Sequence record: NC_018859.1
Reading direction: 5' to 3' (one strand)
Length of the DNA: 64,000 nt
From: Escherichia phage ECBP2
The notes beneath the pieces are model-generated. The model was not told the origin of the DNA. It saw only the letters and a program-made list of their open reading frames with translations, and made no database searches. Positions within the stretch are counted from its first letter, which is position 1; every line of letters starts with the position of its first letter. Below are positions 60,764-64,000 of the stretch, one piece after another. A program made the position numbers and the translations under genes.

Positions 60764-60840
60764 ACTTATCAATATCCACTCATTGTTAAGTAATTATTGA
60801 TAAGTGGGGCGGTCTTATCAGAAGTTAACCTTGCCGCCCC
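60764..60840. promoter_or_regulatory. Perfect 11-bp inverted repeat (ACTTATCAATA / TATTGATAAGT, 20-bp spacer) abutting a 7-bp GC stem (GGGGCGG / CCGCCCC)
   Basis: Read directly: arms at 60764-60774 and 60795-60805, GC stem at 60806-60812 and 60834-60840. Lies 70-140 nt upstream of the ATG at 60697. Confidence 0.4.
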
Positions 60841-61618
60841 TTTATCTGTGATGTTTCATCTGGTATCTTTAATTAGTCGCTATAAACGAAGCCGACCTGA
60901 TAGCGATGATCAATCATCACAATAAGGCAGTGCGTCCGACTCTAATTAGTTACTTTATTGTAACCGTCGGCAATATCGTCTACTTTGCTTTCGCTCTCGC
61001 CTATCCTTTTATACTAACTCTCAATCGCTAACCATCGCCCACTACGGGAGGTTATTGCGAAAGAGTCATTAGCCGTCTAATATTCCGACGTTTTATATCT
61101 TTCGGCAAGTTTACTACATAACCCGACTATGTACTTTCATCTTATGATGAATCTCAAGCCGTTCACATCGTAAACGTTCACACTAAACCTTATTGTTAAA
61201 TAGCAATTTGCCACTTTTTAACCACTCCCCGCCGCTCTCAATTGAGCGTTAATTCGTCGGACTTGCCTACCCTGATTAACTTCTTTCACTGTAGCACCAT
61301 GTTAGCGATGGCCGCCGCTACCCTTAACCGTGGGCGATTAGCTTAAGCCTTTGCGTGTACTCAATGAATCCGTTTATCAGTGGTGACTTTTCCAGTAAGG
61401 GAATGTAAAACTGTTTACCCTGATATTTTAGGGAGTTTTACGCCGTTTTATCTGGTATGCTGTCCGATGGTTATTATCTTCCAGCATATTTAACCGATAT
61501 AGGAGAATGTTTAAATTGTTAAAGAGCGGTAAATCTATCAACGTGCTTTCTCACGTTATGCAACTGTTAGCCGTTGTTACGCTTTTCACTGAAGCGGTGA
61601 TTTGCTCAAGTGATGCTC

Positions 61619-61647
61619 ATTATGGACCATGTTGTTTTTGCCGTCAA
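61619..61647 (-). promoter_or_regulatory. Sigma70-type promoter P2 with A-tract UP element
   Basis: Minus strand reads GAAAAAGATTAAAAAAGTGA TTGACG -17 nt- CATAAT GAGCAT. Confidence 0.65.
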
Positions 61648-61921
61648 TCACTTTTTTAATCTTTTTCGTCGTTCCCGCTATTGGGAGGATATATCAACCC
61701 GCTTTATTGGGTTGAAGATTAAGCGATGAGGCTTAACCCATGATTCATATTGTTAAAGAGCGTTTAGCCTTTTATAGTGTCTGCTAATCACTACATCATT
61801 AAAGGCTTACTTGTTCATTAACGGGGCGCCTAAGCCCGAACTACCCGCTGCACTATGTGCCACCTTTCCCGCGATACGTTGATTTGGGAACTAGTTAACG
61901 TTGTTTTGTTAACTTGTGGTT

Positions 61922-61950
61922 AGTATGGACTACCTTAACCACGTTTGCAA
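61922..61950 (-). promoter_or_regulatory. Sigma70-type promoter P3 with A-tract UP element
   Basis: Minus strand reads GATGATAAAAAAGAGG TTGCAA -17 nt- CATACT. Confidence 0.55.
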
Positions 61951-62250
61951 CCTCTTTTTTATCATCTTCTTTTATTCTTTTCCCTTATCTCGCGTGAATC
62001 TATGCGAAAGGGCAAGATGATAAGTCTGATTTGTCTTTTAGGAATCTAGTGCGCTTTCAAGCATTGACCATTTGAAAGTATCGAACAAATGAGGCTTATT
62101 TTGTTGCTCATCGTCCGCATGTTCACGTATGAATCAGGAATCAATTCTAGTGGTCAACTAAGCGCCTTATAGTAATGACGTTCCCGCCACCTGTAAGACA
62201 AATCATATTTTTAAAGAGCGGGATTTTTCAAGTCATCGCTGACTATGCTC

Positions 62251-62279
62251 ACTATATATCAGGCTTTTTCCGGTGTCAA
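62251..62279 (-). promoter_or_regulatory. Sigma70-type promoter P1 with A-tract UP element
   Basis: Minus strand reads GAAAATACTTGAAAAAGAGTA TTGACA -17 nt- TATAGT GAGCAT. Confidence 0.7.
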
Positions 62280-62376
62280 TACTCTTTTTCAAGTATTTTC
62301 ACTTTCTAGCCTGATTTTTAAAGAGCGGGGCAATTTCTTGCCTTGTATGTTTTACATCGTACCCGATGAAATGAAG

Positions 62377-62385
62377 TATACATTA
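62377..62385 (-). promoter_or_regulatory. TAATGTATA motif inside the ORF-free region
   Basis: Minus strand reads GATTAATGTATACTTC. Confidence 0.4.
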
Positions 62386-62557
62386 ATCAGATGAGGTTGC
62401 AATAGGGTAAAGCAAATTATTTTAAACTTTTTCACTATAGGGAGGTAAAAGAGCGGGCGCACGTGATACATCATAGGAAACGGCTTGTAAAGCGATAAAA
62501 AGCGGCCTGAAACGCACTGTAGCGAGCTAAAAGGGAGTAAGGTATACAATCACCTTA

Positions 62558-62585
62558 GAAAAGAAAAAAGCCTCATAGCGAGGCT
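62558..62585 (-). terminator. Rho-independent terminator
   Basis: Minus strand reads AGCCTC-GCTAT-GAGGCT followed by TTTTTTCTTTT. Confidence 0.75.
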
Positions 62586-62597
62586 TATAAGAAGGGT

Positions 62598-62678
62598 TTA
62601 AAACATCAGATAGATTATGACCATAGGCATGACCACGGCACAATAAAGAAGGAAGATCAGTCCTATGGATTTAAGCAT
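62598..62678 (-). CDS. Hydrophobic micro-peptide (26 aa)
   Basis: Reads MLKSIGLIFLLYCAVVMPMVIIYLMF. The start overlaps the stop of the upstream micro-ORF. A terminator follows. Confidence 0.3.
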   Translation of the reverse strand: MLKSIGLIFLLYCAVVMPMVIIYLMF

Positions 62679-62772
62679 TACCCATAGCCGATAGTAAAAC
62701 ACCCAGCAGGAGAACGACCAGAAAAAACCCTACAACCGTTTTAATGATGAATTTAATAAACCACATAGCCAT
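62671..62772 (-). CDS. Hydrophobic micro-peptide (33 aa)
   Basis: SD AAGAGG lies 4 nt before the ATG. Reads MAMWFIKFIIKTVVGFFLVVLLLGVLLSAMGNA. Confidence 0.35.
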   Translation of the reverse strand: MAMWFIKFIIKTVVGFFLVVLLLGVLLSAMGNA

Positions 62773-62860
62773 AAACCTCTTTAATTAAAGGATGTAAGAA
62801 TAAAGCATATCAGCGACGAATAACGCCACTGTAACGACGAATAAGCACCGCCAAAAATAA

Positions 62861-63127
62861 TCATTCCCCATTTATATCACCCTCAATCAGCCCATGATTT
62901 AGCAGGTTAGCAAGTGATAATCCACCGTCAAAATATATAGAACGAAAATCATCGCGGGTAATTTCAAAATCAGCAAAGGCTAGCCAATCTTTAAGAGGCT
63001 GATATTCCATCCTGCAAAAAGTGATAACAGGTAACGTTATCTGACCATCAAGTGTGTTAAACATGATAGATTGCTCGCCAACAAAACAAGAAAAGCCGTT
63101 TGATAATTTAACTTCTTTAATAGCCAT
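62861..63127 (-). CDS. Hypothetical protein
   Basis: SD TGGAG. 88 aa. Confidence 0.5.
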   Translation of the reverse strand: MAIKEVKLSNGFSCFVGEQSIMFNTLDGQITLPVITFCRMEYQPLKDWLAFADFEITRDDFRSIYFDGGLSLANLLNHGLIEGDINGE

Positions 63128-63153
63128 TATTTATACTCCAAAAAATAGATTAT

Positions 63154-63645
63154 TTACTTACTAGCCTTAATGCAGTTGGCTAAATTAACGTGAACGGTAT
63201 AAACAGCGTTATCAGCGTTATTATAAACGGTAGTCGCAAGCATTGATTCGTTCATCGGGCCATAACTGACCAGATTCGTGACAGCTTTCGCATGGCTGTA
63301 ACGTTGTACAGTGCCAAATGTAACTAGTTCAGGATCGTTATCAGTACGCTTGAGAACTAGATCACTGTTAGGCTGATTGTCTAGTGTTTTGGTACTAACG
63401 ACCAGACCATCACGGGAAACGTTACTGAATTTAACTTTTAACACGATTTGATTGGTGTCACTATCCGCACCGTTACAAATCAGCCAACCTTTATTGATGG
63501 AACTAGCGAAAACGTCAGCGGCATTAGTTGCAGGAGCAGGACTAGCGATAGCCTTATCAGAAAGAGAAGTTACCAGTGTACTAACACCGATCGCGGCGAC
63601 TAGCGCATAACTTGCCAGATTAATAGCCTGCATTACTTTCGCCAT
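63154..63645 (-). CDS. Secreted/periplasmic protein
   Basis: SD AAGGAG. Signal-like N-terminus INLASYALVAAIGVSTLVTSLSDKAIA. Confidence 0.55.
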   Translation of the reverse strand: MAKVMQAINLASYALVAAIGVSTLVTSLSDKAIASPAPATNAADVFASSINKGWLICNGADSDTNQIVLKVKFSNVSRDGLVVSTKTLDNQPNSDLVLKRTDNDPELVTFGTVQRYSHAKAVTNLVSYGPMNESMLATTVYNNADNAVYTVHVNLANCIKASK

Positions 63646-63684
63646 TTTTGTTACTCCTTAGGTAGAATCAATTAACTATTGCCA

Positions 63685-63712
63685 ACTATATAATAAAAGG
63701 AAAGAGCGACAA
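63685..63712 (-). promoter_or_regulatory. Sigma70-type promoter P4
   Basis: Minus strand reads GCTAAAAATAAATAG TTGTCG -16 nt- TATAGT, 40 nt upstream of the SD of 63154..63645. Confidence 0.5.
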
Positions 63713-63917
63713 CTATTTATTTTTAGCTTTCTTATAACTCACTGAATCTTAAAGAAATTTAATTTACTAACTTCTCTCATTCAGGGCATAGCTTACTACT
63801 TCTATTGTTACTTTATAACATAACGCCAGACCGACGGGGAGAACGTGCCGCATAAACAGACCTACGGGGCAACGGTACAACGTAACCAGCACGGGGGAAG
63901 GATAAACGGGTAACCTA

Positions 63918-63926
63918 TAATGTATG
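63918..63926 (+). promoter_or_regulatory. TAATGTATG (one mismatch), candidate rightward late promoter at window edge
   Basis: CCTATAATGTATGTTG on the plus strand resembles the site at 12974 (CTTATAATGTATATAGG). It points toward genes beyond the window. Confidence 0.35.
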
Positions 63927-64000
63927 TTGTTACATGATGCTATTGTTAGCGGCTTGCGGGGATAATATACCAATCAAATAATTAACCCATCAAACTATCA

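Larger units (their letters stand above)
61519..62456 (+). repeat. Five same-orientation copies of TTAAAGAGCG(G) (a sixth, degenerate copy at 63701)
   Basis: Copies at 61519, 61753, 62211, 62318 and 62446 (the last reads TAAAAGAGCGG). Copies 2 and 3 share 18 of 19 nt (TCATATT(G/T)TTAAAGAGCG). Confidence 0.6.

Noticed and set aside
61507-61659. 50-codon plus-strand ORF (MFKLLKSGKS...) that contains one copy of the TTAAAGAGCGG motif
   Set aside because: AGGAGA directly abuts the ATG with no spacer. The other motif copies fall in different frames or in no ORF at all, so the conservation is at the nucleotide level. The neighbouring genes and promoters are on the other strand.
63767-63973. 68-aa minus-strand ORF at the window edge
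   Set aside because: There is no SD. The peptide is Pro/Val/Leu/Tyr-rich and has no motif. The ORF overlaps the ACGGGG boxes and the putative late promoter.
1-64000. Search by eye for CRISPR arrays, retron msr/msd plus RT, DGR template/variable repeats, integrase/att sites, transposase or IS ends, and toxin-antitoxin pairs
   Set aside because: I found no regularly spaced direct repeats of 24-40 nt. I recognised no reverse transcriptase, integrase or transposase motifs in any ORF, and no near-identical template/variable repeat pair near the fibre genes. The only mobile elements supported are the HNH genes and the intron.

Overview
The window is a tightly packed segment of a dsDNA phage genome. 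No host genes are evident. The gene set resembles enterobacterial podoviruses of the phiEco32 type. That call rests on my own motif recognition, with no database search. The shared features are an ECF-like sigma factor, a T7-like primase-helicase and family A DNA polymerase, an ATP-grasp/amidotransferase/amidoligase block, and a single tRNA-Arg(UCU).

Layout:
- 1-17.4 kb, plus strand: tail fibre, lysozyme and virion/ejection genes.
- 17.7-60.7 kb, minus strand: replication, nucleotide metabolism and the amidoligase block, followed by about 10 kb of very small early genes separated by unusually long structured ORF-free spacers.
- 60.7-62.6 kb: an ORF-free region holding three consensus sigma70 promoters with A-tract UP elements and a repeated 10-19 nt motif.
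- 62.6-64 kb: a few more minus-strand genes, and a probable rightward late promoter at the window edge.

Observations I consider most worth follow-up:
1. A block of about 10 kb of translationally coupled genes (39952-50407) encoding a GGCT-like protein, an ATP-grasp enzyme, an Ntn amidotransferase, two amidoligases and several unknowns. Its product is uncharacterised.
2. A ProQ/FinO-like RNA chaperone gene embedded among repeated structured spacers whose stems covary.
3. A group I intron carrying an HNH gene that splits DNA polymerase motif C. P1 and P10 pairings can be read directly from the sequence.
4. An HNH gene insertion that duplicated the first 15 codons of the flap endonuclease gene.
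5. An amidotransferase that can only expose its catalytic Cys1 if translation starts at AUU.

I found no CRISPR array, retron, DGR or integrase.
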